From NCBI GenBank assembly GCA_052055015.1, contig JBQJIT010000008.1: 64,000 nt of DNA. One strand, given 5' to 3'. A model generated the notes under the pieces. The model was not told the DNA's origin, made no database searches, and saw only the letters and a list, made by a program, of their open reading frames with translations. This DNA is from Malassezia furfur (Eukaryota). The position numbers were made by a program, and so were the translations under genes. This document shows, in pieces, positions 11,601 to 21,222 of the stretch; within the stretch, counting starts at the first letter, position 1, and the number at the start of each line of letters is the position of its first letter.

Positions 11601-13484
11601 GAGCGCCGCGCACGCAAGGCGCTTGCGGACAAGAACGAGGAAAAGATCTCGCGCGAGCAGTCCAGTGCGTCGCTCTACTGGCTCTACATGGGTGCAGTGG
11701 CGAAGCGCACGGGTGTCGCCGTGGCCATCTGGCTGGTGCTGGCCGCCTTCTACGTGAGCATCCGTGCGGTCGACGTGGGCAGCGGCGCGTGGCTGCGCAA
11801 CTGGGCGCGATCCTACGAACACGCTACCGAGACGATCGACGCGTTGATGGGCGAAGATCAGACGTGGTACTACATGAAGGGCTATGCGATGATCGTCGGC
11901 GGCTTCATCCTGCTCAGCTTTGTGTGTGATGTGCTGCAGTACCAGGCGTCACTGCAGGCGTCGGCCAGTCTGTACAACCGTCTGATCCGCGCGCTGCTCT
12001 TTGCCAAGCCGCAGTTCTACGACAAGACGCCGATCGGACGCATCACCAACCGCCTGTCGCGCGACATGGAAGAGGTCGACCAGGAGCTGTCGCCGGTCAT
12101 GCAAATGTCCGTCGAGAACCTCATCTCGCTCGTGGCGATCATCGCCGTGATCTGCTGGGCCGCGCCCAAGTTCCTGCTCGTCCTCTGGCTCGTGCTGGCG
12201 ATGTACATCACCATCGGCGCACTGTACCTCGCCTCATCGCGCGACCTGAAGCGTATCGAGAGTGTGCAGCGCTCGCCGCTGTACACACTTGTCGGCGAGA
12301 CCATCTCAGGCATGGTCACCATCCGCGGGTACAGTGACTGTGAGCGTGTTATCCGCCAGTGCCTCGTGCTCGTCGACAAGTGGAACCGTGCGTTCCTGTT
12401 CCTGTGGTACGAGAACCGCTGGCTGAGCATCTGCTGCGACGTGTCCGGCGCGGGCGTCACGCTGCTCGCCGCGCTCTTCCTGCTGTTTGGTAGCGCCGAT
12501 GCCGCTCTTGCCGGCTTTACGCTGTCGTATGCCATCACGCTCGTGGATGTGGTGCTGTGGCTCGTGCGTCTCTACTCGGTGGTGGAGATCAACATGAACT
12601 CGGTCGAGCGCGTCGGCGAGTACATCCGCATCACCCCGGAGCGCCACGGCGGTACGCAGCCGCCCGCACACTGGCCGACCGACTCGGGCTCCATCGAGGT
12701 CCGCGAGCTGTCGGTGCGCTACGGCCCCGAATTCCCGCTCGCGCTGACCGGCGTCACCTTTACCATCGCCCCGGGCGAGAAGGTGGGCATCGTCGGGCGC
12801 ACGGGCAGCGGCAAGTCCACGCTGTCGCTCGCCTTCTTCCGCTTCCTCGAGGCCGAGTCGGGCTCGATCGTGATCGACGGGATCGACATCAGCACCATCA
12901 CGCTCGAGGCGCTGCGCCGCCGCCTGACCATCATCCCGCAAGACTCGCAACTGTTCAAAGGCACGGTACGCATGAACCTCGACCCGATCGGCGTGTACGA
13001 CGATGGGGACATGTGGTTTGCGCTGCAGCGCTGCCAGCTCGCCTCGGGTTCGAACGACGGGCCGTTTGCACCCGACGCCAACAGCGTCATCAAGTCGCTC
13101 GACGACACCATCGAGCAAGGCGGCGCCAACTTTAGCGCGGGTCAGCGCCAGCTCCTGTCGCTCGCACGTGGCCTGCTCAAGATGCGCGAGTCGCGCGTCT
13201 TGATCCTGGACGAGAGCACCGCCAACCTAGACAGCGAATCGGACGCACTCATCCAGCGCACCATCCGCGAGCACATGGCACCGGGCGCCACGATCCTCAC
13301 GGTGGCGCACCGGCTCAAGACGATCATCGACTATGACAAGGTGCTCGTGCTCGACAAGGGCAAGGTGCTCGAGTACGACTCGCCCTCGAACCTGCTCGCC
13401 AAAGAGTCGTCGTCATTCTATCAGCTGTGTGCCCAGAGCGGCGACCTCGACCTGCTCAAGGACATGGCTGGGAAAAAGGCATAA
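8646..13484 (+). CDS. ABCC/MRP-family ABC transporter, paralogue 2
   Basis: 1612-aa ORF; Walker A GPVGAGKS and GRTGSGKS, LSGGQ/FSAGQ signatures; clearly paralogous to 118-4788. Confidence 0.95.
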   Translation: MSTADAAYAALSRPCWLDPFGSLDWTPCFRAVVLNGALPYAVLACSVVAWVSAVVVDKNKRREQFAREVAQLNPESSNFYQTFPESSETTPLAPQPTTAAERVFQTENAVVIDAALSIKEDLTSRATAERIEQQHRTKRVLESFGSLLLTLTHVLGIALHVEDESTWLLYWAYTTALAVYAMWTQRSFFVQKTVISTVYLIVSVSNLRTMLLLGVPRNQWVLAVVQTVLAFGMTALSYLSPLTQRPPGKLSALYETMRKRTLYDEMRTAMPTPPRLASDEIAPSYSSHDDPLPPPEQHASLLSRALFTFVQPAIIKYFSQPIKLADVPQVLLGDRAAAVVSLFRTSEKPDARNRAALWVRLVKFFLPLFAYQSFCSLISTILTIVPVFFLSRLLSFFSQLAEDGDVPLHMGVLFALGMFTSQTLHSVFMSQALMTGRHVCVQLRALLTFEILSKTMRRSMSFKAPGDAPAESEESAAPTEDGAANKSGPATDGQVTNLVSVDVNRVSEFAAYTHFIVPEQPLSVVLSIAYLVMLLGRSAVVGLFLLVIGMPLQAWITRVLVHVQERMLHATDERMNLATEVLACIKTVKFFAWEKPFEARMEQTRTNELRLLRLNFFFSILNHLTFIGIPMLVTMATFGAHTLVFHQPLTAETAFTALALFNTLRRPLADLPGMIHWLLNAVVSVRRIDHYLQEPDTEKYEQLLANVSEDAAYNPPVHTKIGFVHASFTYGDEGFVLDDLDCLFPVGEISCVIGPVGAGKSSLLLALMGELHRVRGTTRMPCPLARLLLEPDPQTGLIESVAYCSQSAWLLGNTVRQNILFGSAYDEQRYREVLKACALETDLDILEYHDETEVGEKGTSLSGGQKARIALARAFYSRAKHILIDDALSAVDAHTARHLVERCFRGPLAKGRTIILVTHAVTLMLPCSSFAIVMDGGRITAQGKPATLLAQGKIREATSAQASAEETEETHKDEALAKVRWEKAEERRARKALADKNEEKISREQSSASLYWLYMGAVAKRTGVAVAIWLVLAAFYVSIRAVDVGSGAWLRNWARSYEHATETIDALMGEDQTWYYMKGYAMIVGGFILLSFVCDVLQYQASLQASASLYNRLIRALLFAKPQFYDKTPIGRITNRLSRDMEEVDQELSPVMQMSVENLISLVAIIAVICWAAPKFLLVLWLVLAMYITIGALYLASSRDLKRIESVQRSPLYTLVGETISGMVTIRGYSDCERVIRQCLVLVDKWNRAFLFLWYENRWLSICCDVSGAGVTLLAALFLLFGSADAALAGFTLSYAITLVDVVLWLVRLYSVVEINMNSVERVGEYIRITPERHGGTQPPAHWPTDSGSIEVRELSVRYGPEFPLALTGVTFTIAPGEKVGIVGRTGSGKSTLSLAFFRFLEAESGSIVIDGIDISTITLEALRRRLTIIPQDSQLFKGTVRMNLDPIGVYDDGDMWFALQRCQLASGSNDGPFAPDANSVIKSLDDTIEQGGANFSAGQRQLLSLARGLLKMRESRVLILDESTANLDSESDALIQRTIREHMAPGATILTVAHRLKTIIDYDKVLVLDKGKVLEYDSPSNLLAKESSSFYQLCAQSGDLDLLKDMAGKKA

Positions 13485-13675
13485 ACTGGGCCGCCGTCTC
13501 CTGCATTTCTCCTCTACGCATCCCCCGCCCGCTCTTTGCCGCCGCCCAGCGCGAGCATCCCTTAGTGACTTAGAATAATATGGATTTGTCAGCAACGCGA
13601 ACGTGCCCAACTGCCGCAACGTCCGTGCAGTCGGGGAACCGTGCTCGTGGTGATCTCCGCGGCTTTGTCTAGGAA

Positions 13676-14416
13676 ATGAGCTCGTCCTTGTTTCTTGTTC
13701 GCAGCGCCAGCGTCCCAATGGCCCGGATGTATGGGAACATCGCGATCCGGGCCCCGCTCCTGCGGTCGCTCGACCTCGTCAACAAGACAACCACACGCCG
13801 CGCCATGCCAAACCGCCTAGTGCCGTGCTTGCGCACACTCGCTACAGGCCCCACTCCGCCACCCGCACCCACACCTGCACGCGCAACAGCTGCTGATATT
13901 ACCAAGCCGCCCACTCCTGAGTTCGAGGAGCCGCCCAAGGGTGGCTTCCGTGAGCGGCTGCGCGCGATCATGACCCGGTACGGATGGTGGGCCGTGGGTG
14001 TATACCTTGTCGTGGGAACAGTGGACCTGAGCATGATCTTCGCTTTCGTCCACTTCTACGGCGGCGACAAGGTGCGTGAGATGGAGCACACCGTGCGCGG
14101 ATGGTTCGGCTTGGCCAAGAAGGAAGTCGAAGACGCCCTCCAGAACGCGCCTTCGCCGGACACCGAAAAGCCACGGCCTCTGATTGCCCCACAGCAGGAG
14201 TCGACGGACATGCAGGAGCTCATCAGGCAGTTGTCTGCCGAGTTCGTACTGGCCTACGGAATCCACAAGACATTGCTGCTTCCGCCACGCGCCGCCATCA
14301 CCGCCGCCATCACCCCCTCGGTCGTGCGCTGGTTGGCACGGAGAGGATGGAAGCGGGCAATGCAGGCAGCTGTGGGACCTACAGCCACGCACGCAGCCAA
14401 GCAAGTAGCGCCGTGA
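13676..14416 (+). CDS. DUF1279/FAM210-family mitochondrial membrane protein
   Basis: Presequence-like N-terminus, then RYGWWAVGVYLVVGTVD and EFVLAYGIHKTLLLPPR..ITAAITPSVVRWL, characteristic of DUF1279. Confidence 0.8.
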   Translation: MSSSLFLVRSASVPMARMYGNIAIRAPLLRSLDLVNKTTTRRAMPNRLVPCLRTLATGPTPPPAPTPARATAADITKPPTPEFEEPPKGGFRERLRAIMTRYGWWAVGVYLVVGTVDLSMIFAFVHFYGGDKVREMEHTVRGWFGLAKKEVEDALQNAPSPDTEKPRPLIAPQQESTDMQELIRQLSAEFVLAYGIHKTLLLPPRAAITAAITPSVVRWLARRGWKRAMQAAVGPTATHAAKQVAP

Positions 14417-14556
14417 GCATTTTTTAGAAAGGGTAGCAATCGCCTTGCATTTTGGGCATCATGAAATATACTCGGATCTATAGCGCGTGTGCATAGCACA
14501 AAGACTTGGACCGTTGTGCGACGGCATTATGCCGAGGTACGCATTGCGCAGAGTAT

Positions 14557-15061
14557 TTAGCGGAACTGGGTCAGAACTTTGTTCATGAGCATACCTTGGC
14601 GAAACCAATGTCGTCGGCCTTCTCACGGAAGCACTGACGGCAGATGTTCAGGCCGTACTTGCGGACGAGACCGCCGTGGTTGCCACAGACGCGGCTGCGA
14701 GGTTAGTATTTGGACAAAAAGGGTGGATGGCAGAGCCAACGAGGCGCAGGAGGGCAGAAGAAAAAAAAAACGTCAGGCAGTGCTACGCGCGACGACGTGC
14801 GGGCAACGACACTCTCGACATTTGCGTAGTATTCATCACAGTCATTGCACAATCATCCGCGATGCGCGCCATGCCAACCGACACGGTGCCCGTTTCAAAA
14901 GTTCCTCCTTTGCCCACGCAGCCACCTGCTCGCTCTGACGTGGCAAAACATACCAGGTGCGGGAGCCCTTGCCGTAGTTACGCTGTAGATGGTCAGTACA
15001 CTGCCCTGGCGGTATCCAAAATACGTACAGGGTGCGAGAACCAAACGTTCGCGTGAGCCAT
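14557..15061 (-). CDS. RPS29: 40S ribosomal protein S29 (uS14), 4 exons
   Basis: Spliced translation [56 protein letters not shown]; introns 14983-15028, 14695-14953, 14566-14594. Confidence 0.96.
14770..14845 (-). ncRNA. Candidate intronic box C/D snoRNA in RPS29 intron 2
   Basis: Perfect C box GTGATGA (14839-14833) and D box CTGA (14776-14773) followed by a U-run, inside an unusually long 259-nt intron and about 65 nt upstream of the branch site; target not identified. Confidence 0.55.
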
Positions 15062-15246
15062 CTTGCTGCTGGTTGTTACGGTGAGCAACTTCCGGACGAC
15101 ACGCCACGGTTTCCTCGCGCGCCGCCGTTGCATCACGTGCAAATGTGTATAGAAATCACGTGTACAGAAATCTGTGTGGAGGTCCCTGCGCACGATATGC
15201 GGGGTAGCTGCAGCCCGCGGATATTTTGGGGCCGCGCTCCGCCAGC

Positions 15247-16743
15247 ATGTCTGGCGCTCACCGACCCAGTGGGCGTCGGCGAAGTGTCAGCGCATCGGAC
15301 AAAGATCGTTTGCTGCGAGCGAACGGGGCTCAGATACGACCCAGGTATGAGCCACTGTCTCCTTTGGTCAATGTCCTATCCCTGGCCATCATGCTCCCGC
15401 TCACGGTCGGGCTGATCGTGGTGCTGGTGGTCCTGATTGTGTTTTCCATTAGTGCGTGTCTCCCTTCTTCTAACGCAGTTCCTGTCTTGGGTTTTGGTGC
15501 ATTCTCCGCTCTCCTCTGTGTATTCCCTGCCACTGTGTACAGCATCGCATGGACCGCCTATTTACTCCATGCTCGACAAGATCGGCCTCCTTATTCGCTA
15601 GTCGGCTCGCCCGCACTGGCACGCATGGTGCCCTATCTGCCGCTTGCACCGCTGCGGTGCTTCAAAGTCGCCAAGGCGACAATGTCTTATCTTGTCTCTT
15701 GCCTCTACTACCTACCTTTAGCCAAGGAATGGCTTGTGACATATGTGCTGTACACCCGCGTTCGCAACCAAGAAGACCCGATTTACGACGCAATCCCCTA
15801 CGCAATCCCTTTTACGCACCAGGTCCTTGATGTATACCCGCCTCCGCGCAAGATTCGCGAAGGAACGCATGCGCACAACCCCGACCTGACCAACTTTGGG
15901 ACATACCGAGGCGCACCGGTCGTTATCCTCGTGCCGGCCCCGATTGTTCCTGTTCGCATACTAAGCCATCGCAAGACATACCTACTGATTGCAACCAAAC
16001 TGCGTGCGATGGGGTACTGTGTTGTGGTGCCCGACATCCAGTACTACCCGCACGTGCGGATACGTCAGTCGATCGGCGACCTGCGTCTGGCGCTGAGCTG
16101 GGTGGGTGCCCACATCTCTAGCTATGGCGGCAATCCTGCCAACATCTATGCAATGGGCTTTGGGCTGTCCGCGCACCTCATCACCATCTCGCTGGTGCAA
16201 GAAACAACGGCGCTGAGTGAAGCCATTGCGCATCACACGGCAGCCACCATGGGACTGGAGGGCGCCGAGCCGACCAATGGCGGGCTTCGCCAGAAAGGAC
16301 TCGAGATCTACCTGCCACAGGTCCGCCTGCCACAGCTGGCGGGTGTGGTGCTCGTGGCGGGGCTTAGCGATGTGATCAAGGGCTACCGGCACGAGACGGA
16401 GCAAGGGATCGAGCATCTCAGCTATCTGCGCCGATGGACAGGACCATCGCACGCACAGTGCCTGCTGCACTCGCCTGCGCATCTGCTGATGGAGTCAAAA
16501 CATGTTCTCGACGCATCGTTCTTGCCCGCCAAATTTTTGCTAATCCATGGTGGGATGGACACGACAATCCCGCTGTACCACTCGGCGCTCCTCCGCACAT
16601 TGCTGAACGATGCGGGCGTGGAGGATGTCAAAATGCGCGCCTATCGTAACCTGAAGCACTTTGAGGCGCTCGCCTGTCTAGCGGACCGCTACTCGCCGTA
16701 CGCGCGCCAGGTACTCACCGACGTGCGCGAGTTTATTTCCTAG
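15247..16743 (+). CDS. Membrane-anchored alpha/beta-hydrolase-fold protein (prenylcysteine methylesterase/carboxylesterase-like), degenerate active site
   Basis: Two N-terminal hydrophobic helices; LDVY, GYCVVVPDIQYYP, ALSWV...ISSYGGNPANIYAMG, LLIHGGMDTTIP motifs; the nucleophile elbow reads GFGLS rather than GxSxG. Confidence 0.75.
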   Translation: MSGAHRPSGRRRSVSASDKDRLLRANGAQIRPRYEPLSPLVNVLSLAIMLPLTVGLIVVLVVLIVFSISACLPSSNAVPVLGFGAFSALLCVFPATVYSIAWTAYLLHARQDRPPYSLVGSPALARMVPYLPLAPLRCFKVAKATMSYLVSCLYYLPLAKEWLVTYVLYTRVRNQEDPIYDAIPYAIPFTHQVLDVYPPPRKIREGTHAHNPDLTNFGTYRGAPVVILVPAPIVPVRILSHRKTYLLIATKLRAMGYCVVVPDIQYYPHVRIRQSIGDLRLALSWVGAHISSYGGNPANIYAMGFGLSAHLITISLVQETTALSEAIAHHTAATMGLEGAEPTNGGLRQKGLEIYLPQVRLPQLAGVVLVAGLSDVIKGYRHETEQGIEHLSYLRRWTGPSHAQCLLHSPAHLLMESKHVLDASFLPAKFLLIHGGMDTTIPLYHSALLRTLLNDAGVEDVKMRAYRNLKHFEALACLADRYSPYARQVLTDVREFIS

Positions 16744-16845
16744 GTGCATAGTGGGCGTCATGGGGATTTCGGAATTAAGGGCGACCTGTGCGCCGCCAAC
16801 ATTCTTCTCTTATCGTTGTGACTCGTACGAATCACACTTTCTACC

Positions 16846-18035
16846 ATGTCCTCTCATCCCGTGCACCCCGAGAGCACCACGCCTGCCCCGCTCGATGCGA
16901 GCCGGCTAAAGGTCGAGAAGAACCCCAAGGCGGGCACCCCGCCGCCGCCTGAGCAGCTCGTTTTCGGCCAGACGTTCACGGACCACATGCTTGTCGTCCC
17001 GTGGACTGCCGAGGGCGGCTGGGGCGAGCCCAAGATCCAGGCATACAGCCCGCTGTCGCTGCAGCCGAGCTCGATTATCTTCCACTACGCGCCCTCGCTG
17101 TTCGAGGGCCTCAAGGCGTACAAGAACCCGAAGGGCGAAGTGCGTCTGTTCCGCCCGGACATGAACGCGGCGCGCATGAACCGCAGTGCCGAGCGCATCT
17201 CGCTGCCGGTATGTTCCCTGCACTTACACAGACCTTCGATGGCGATGAGCTTGTGAAGCTGCTCAAGAAGCTCGTCGAGATCGACGCCAACTGGGTGCCG
17301 GACAAGGAGGGCTACTCGCTCTACCTCCGCCCGACGCTCATTGGCACGCAGCCGTCGCTCGGTGTGGGCGAGACAAAGGAGGCGCTGCTGTTCGTCATTA
17401 TGTCGCCGGTGGGTCCGTACTACTCGTCGGGCGTCAAGCCCGTGGCGCTCGAGGCCAACCCGGAGCGCGTGCGTGCCTGGCCCGGCGGCACGGGCAACGC
17501 CAAGCTCGGTGCGAACTACGGCCCGTGCATTCTGCCGCAGCGTGAGGCTGCGAAGAAGGGCTACCAGCAGAACCTGTGGCTCTTTGGTGACGAGCACTAC
17601 CTCACCGAGGTCGGCACGATGAACCTGTTCGTGGTGCTGAAGAACGACGACGGGAGCTACGAGGTGGTCACGCCGCCTCTCAACGGCATGATCCTGCCCG
17701 GTGTGACGCGTGACTCGGTACTTGGCCTGCTCCGTGCGCACGAGAGCGGCGAGTCGCCGCTGCCGAACCTGCCCAAGATCCACGTGAGCGAGCGCGAGAT
17801 CAAGATGCAGGAGCTGCAGGACGCCGCGGCGCAGGGCAAGCTCGTCGAGGTGTTCGGCGCGGGCACTGCGGCGGTGATCAGCCCCGTGGACCGGATCGGC
17901 TACATGGGCAAGGACATCCACGTTCCCGTCACCAGCTCAGGCTTCGGCCCCGTGGCCGAGGTGATGCTCAACAGGATGTCGGCGATCCAGTGGGGCAAGG
18001 TGGAGCACCCGTGGTCCGTGCCGGTGTCGCAGTAG
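16846..18035 (+). CDS. BAT1: Branched-chain amino acid aminotransferase
   Basis: LVFGQTFTDHML, FEGLKAY, RISLP|TFDG joined by 23-nt intron 17209-17231, YLRPT, KLGANYG, TEVGTMN, ILPGVTR, GAGTAAVISP. Confidence 0.95.
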
Positions 18036-18066
18036 AGCCTAGTCGCACATCGTTATTAGTCATGAA

Positions 18067-19340
18067 CTAGTACATGTCTGCAAAGAACGCCTTGGCATCC
18101 GCTTCGGTATCCAGCGTCTCGTCTGGCACCGCAAGCGTCACCGAAGTCGCACCGCGCCGCCGCTGCTCGGGCGGTGCTTCGTCGAATCTGAATCGTCGCT
18201 GACCTCGGCGCTGCGGGCCACGGCAGGGATGTCGACCTGGACAACTGCCTCTTCGTCCACCTCTTCGTCCTCGTCGCCCTCAAGCAGCGGGCGCAGGTCG
18301 GTCAGCTTGCATTCGCTCCCGTGTCCCAGGCTCGCGATAAAATGCCCCTTCTTGCGCATCACTTCCACTGGCATTCCATCATGATCCGCAACAATGCCCA
18401 GCAGCTTGTGTGGGAAGAGCTGCACCACACGAATCAGGCCATCCGATGAGCCCGTGAGCACCGTGTCGTCATCCAGCGTGCAGATCGCATCCACACTCGA
18501 CGGATGGCCGGGGAAGCGGTCGACATGGTCCAGCAAACCACGCGACGGTGCCCAGAGCGACAAGATACCCAGTTGGGTGCCGACCACGAGCTTCTTACCG
18601 CTGCGGTGAGCATTCCACATACCCTTTGATGGCCGCAACCGACAGCAACTCGTCCTCCTGGTCGTCGCTCACTTCGACCGCCTTCTTCTTGGACCGCACA
18701 TCGATCACATTCAACGTGCCGTCACCACTCGTACACACAAGCCGACTGCGTGCATCGCGGTCCGACGACTCGTCACGCTTCCGCTTCTGCGCCTGGTCCT
18801 TGCTCCGCGTGCGCGCAGGTTCGAGGTTGGTGCACCAGAGCAGGTCGGTGATCCAGTCGGTGTGGTGGTCGTAAGACTGGATGGGCTTGGCGTCCTCGCT
18901 AGCCAGCGCAGGGTCCCAGAGGCGCACCACGCCATCGTCATCGCCCGTCACAAGCAGGTGAGCATCCACGGAGAGAATGCGCGAGGGCGCCGAACTGTAT
19001 AAGCGGAAGCGCCAACGTACTCATGCGCCTTGTTCACGCGCTGCAACACCTCGCCTGTGCGCGGATCGAGCGACATAAGGGAGCCGTCCTTAAATATGGC
19101 ATAGATGTGCGAGCCGTTCGCATCAAACGTGACACCGCGACAGCTCTTGTGCGACGGGCGGACGCTCCACAGCCGCTTGTAGCGCTTCTTCGGCGCGTCC
19201 GTTGCTGCATCCTGGTTGACCAGGGCGCTGTAATCAAACAGCTGCACCTTGCCGCTGATCAGCCCGACGGCGAGCAGATGCTTGTCCTCGTCCGGATGAA
19301 ATGCGACATCGAGCGCATCCGAGGACAGCGCAATGTCCAT
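18067..19340 (-). CDS. JIP5: WD40 protein JIP5/WDR55 (ribosome biogenesis)
   Basis: MDIALSSDALDVAFHP.., LVTGDDDGVVRLWD, SDDQEDELLS, DHVDRFPGHPSSVD; introns 18995-19020 (26 nt) and 18601-18622 (22 nt). As given, the frame ends at 18138, but a shifted frame gives a plausible ..AFFADMY* end at 18067. Confidence 0.85.
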
Positions 19341-19399
19341 GCTGACAACGCACCCACGCCGACTCGCACGGTCGCAAACGAACGAGCAAGAAGGCGCCG

Positions 19400-19407
19400 C
19401 ACGTGAC
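19400..19407. promoter_or_regulatory. CACGTGAC E-box in the JIP5/DBP3 bidirectional promoter (representative of a recurrent motif)
   Basis: The same CACGTG core occurs at 15134, 15157, 23417, 32364, 34468, 40179, 44842, 44866, 52433 and 56002, all in intergenic upstream gaps. Confidence 0.6.
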
Positions 19408-19450
19408 AACCAACTTTTTGCGTAGCCAAGCGGAGCTGCAGCTTCCCAGC

Positions 19451-21094
19451 ATGAGTGCCGAAAAAGAGAGGAAGGATGGTGTCGCGGAGGTGAAGGAGCG
19501 GAAGGAGAAGAAAGACAAAAAGGAGAAGAAGGACAAGAAAGAGAAGAAGGAGAAGAAGGAGAAGAAGGAGAAGAAGGAGAAGGACGGGAGCAAAGAGGCC
19601 AAGAAGGACAAGAAAGACAAGAAGAGCAAGACGCATGCGCCCACAGCGGCGTCGGAGGACGTGCCCACACCCGCGCCCGCTACACCCAAAGCTAGTGGGG
19701 GGGCGGTACGTAAACAACTAACCCAGTCGGCGCGCGAAGCACACGAGTTCCTTGAAAAGAACGGCATCGCCATGGAAATGCCCGAGGAGAGCACGGATCG
19801 AACGCCCGTGCCGATGCTGTCGTTCGACGAGCTGAGCGGCAAGATCGACCCGCAGCTCAAGGATCGCTTCGATGCCGAGGGCTTCAAGAAGCCGACGCTG
19901 ATTCAATCGTGCTGCTGGCCCGTCATGCTCCAAGGCAAGGACATTGTCGGTGTCGCCGAGACGGGCTCGGGCAAGACGCTTGCGTTCGGTGTGCCCGCGC
20001 TGCAGCACGTCATTGAGAACCAGTCGAACAAGAAACTGAAAAAGGCCATCCAGGTGCTCGTCATTGCGCCGACCCGTGAGCTGGCGATCCAGACGCGCGA
20101 CAACCTCGCACGGGTCAGCGAGCCGCTTGGGTTCGGCACCTTCTGCTTGTACGGCGGTGTTTCCAAGTCGGAGCAGCTGCGTTCGCTCCAGAAGAATGCA
20201 CTCCCAGTAAACATTGTGGTCGGCACGCCCGGCCGTGTCCTGGATCTGGCGCGCGATGGGTCGCTGGATCTCAGCAAGGTCAGCTTCCTGACGCTCGACG
20301 AGGCAGATCGTATGCTCGACAAGGGCTTTGAGCCCGACATTCGCGCGATCATCGGCATGACCCAGTCGAACGATGATGGCCGCCGCACGAGCATGTTTAG
20401 CGCGACATGGCCGCCGGCCGTGCGTGGACTTGCCGAGACCTTTATGAAGTCGCCGATCCGTGTCACGGTCGGTAGCGACGAGCTCAGCGCCAACCGCAAG
20501 GTGTCGCAGGAGGTCGAGGTGCTGCAGGATGGTCGCGAGAAGGAACGCCGTCTGAACTCGTTCCTGCGTTCGGTGAATGCGATGAAGTCCTCAGACAAGA
20601 TCCTCATCTTCGCGCTGTACAAAAAGGAGGCGCAGCGCGTCGAAAACACGCTGCGTCGTTGGGGCTACCGCGTGTCGGGAATTCACGGCGACCTGAACCA
20701 GCACGACCGCATCGCGAGTCTCGAAGCGTTCAAGTCGGGCGAGACGCCCCTGCTTGTCGCTACGGATGTGGCCGCGCGTGGGCTCGATATCCCGAATGTC
20801 GAGCAGGTAATCAACTATACCTTCCCGCTGACGATTGAGGACTATATCCACCGCATTGGACGTACGGGCCGTGGTGGAAAGACGGGCAAGGCACTTACGT
20901 TCTTTACCGACGAGGACAAGGCACATGCGGGCGAGCTGATCCGCGTCTTGAAGGACGCCGACCAGCCCGTGCCCGAGGCAATGAACAAGTTCCCTACGAC
21001 CATCAAGCGCAAGACGCACTCGAGCTACGGTGACCACTACAAGGAGCTCGTTCCTGGAAAGGCGAAAAAGATCACCTTTGACGATGACGATTAG
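19451..21094 (+). CDS. DBP3: DEAD-box RNA helicase Dbp3
   Basis: N-terminal KKEKK repeats, AETGSGKT, PTRELA, DEAD, SAT, HRIGRTGR, and Dbp3-type C-terminus TIKRKTHSSYG...KKITFD. Confidence 0.93.
   Translation: MSAEKERKDGVAEVKERKEKKDKKEKKDKKEKKEKKEKKEKKEKDGSKEAKKDKKDKKSKTHAPTAASEDVPTPAPATPKASGGAVRKQLTQSAREAHEFLEKNGIAMEMPEESTDRTPVPMLSFDELSGKIDPQLKDRFDAEGFKKPTLIQSCCWPVMLQGKDIVGVAETGSGKTLAFGVPALQHVIENQSNKKLKKAIQVLVIAPTRELAIQTRDNLARVSEPLGFGTFCLYGGVSKSEQLRSLQKNALPVNIVVGTPGRVLDLARDGSLDLSKVSFLTLDEADRMLDKGFEPDIRAIIGMTQSNDDGRRTSMFSATWPPAVRGLAETFMKSPIRVTVGSDELSANRKVSQEVEVLQDGREKERRLNSFLRSVNAMKSSDKILIFALYKKEAQRVENTLRRWGYRVSGIHGDLNQHDRIASLEAFKSGETPLLVATDVAARGLDIPNVEQVINYTFPLTIEDYIHRIGRTGRGGKTGKALTFFTDEDKAHAGELIRVLKDADQPVPEAMNKFPTTIKRKTHSSYGDHYKELVPGKAKKITFDDDD
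19490..19630 (+). repeat. Purine-rich coding low-complexity repeat (KKE/KKD)n in DBP3
   Basis: Runs of aagaaggag/aagaaagac encoding KEKKDKKEKK. Confidence 0.85.
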
Positions 21095-21222
21095 TGTACT
21101 ATGTAGAAATCAACCGCGTGACGGCCTCAAGGAGCATGAATAACATGGCCACACTATATATAAAAAAAAAAAAAAAAGACCGCGAAGGCGGGGGACGGAA
21201 GACTTGTGGAGAGAAAAAAAAA

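Noticed and set aside
21162..21222. Poly-A runs as a possible retro-insertion tail
   Set aside because: They read as poly-T on the tRNA strand downstream of tRNA-Lys, consistent with Pol III terminators; no target-site duplication or element body.
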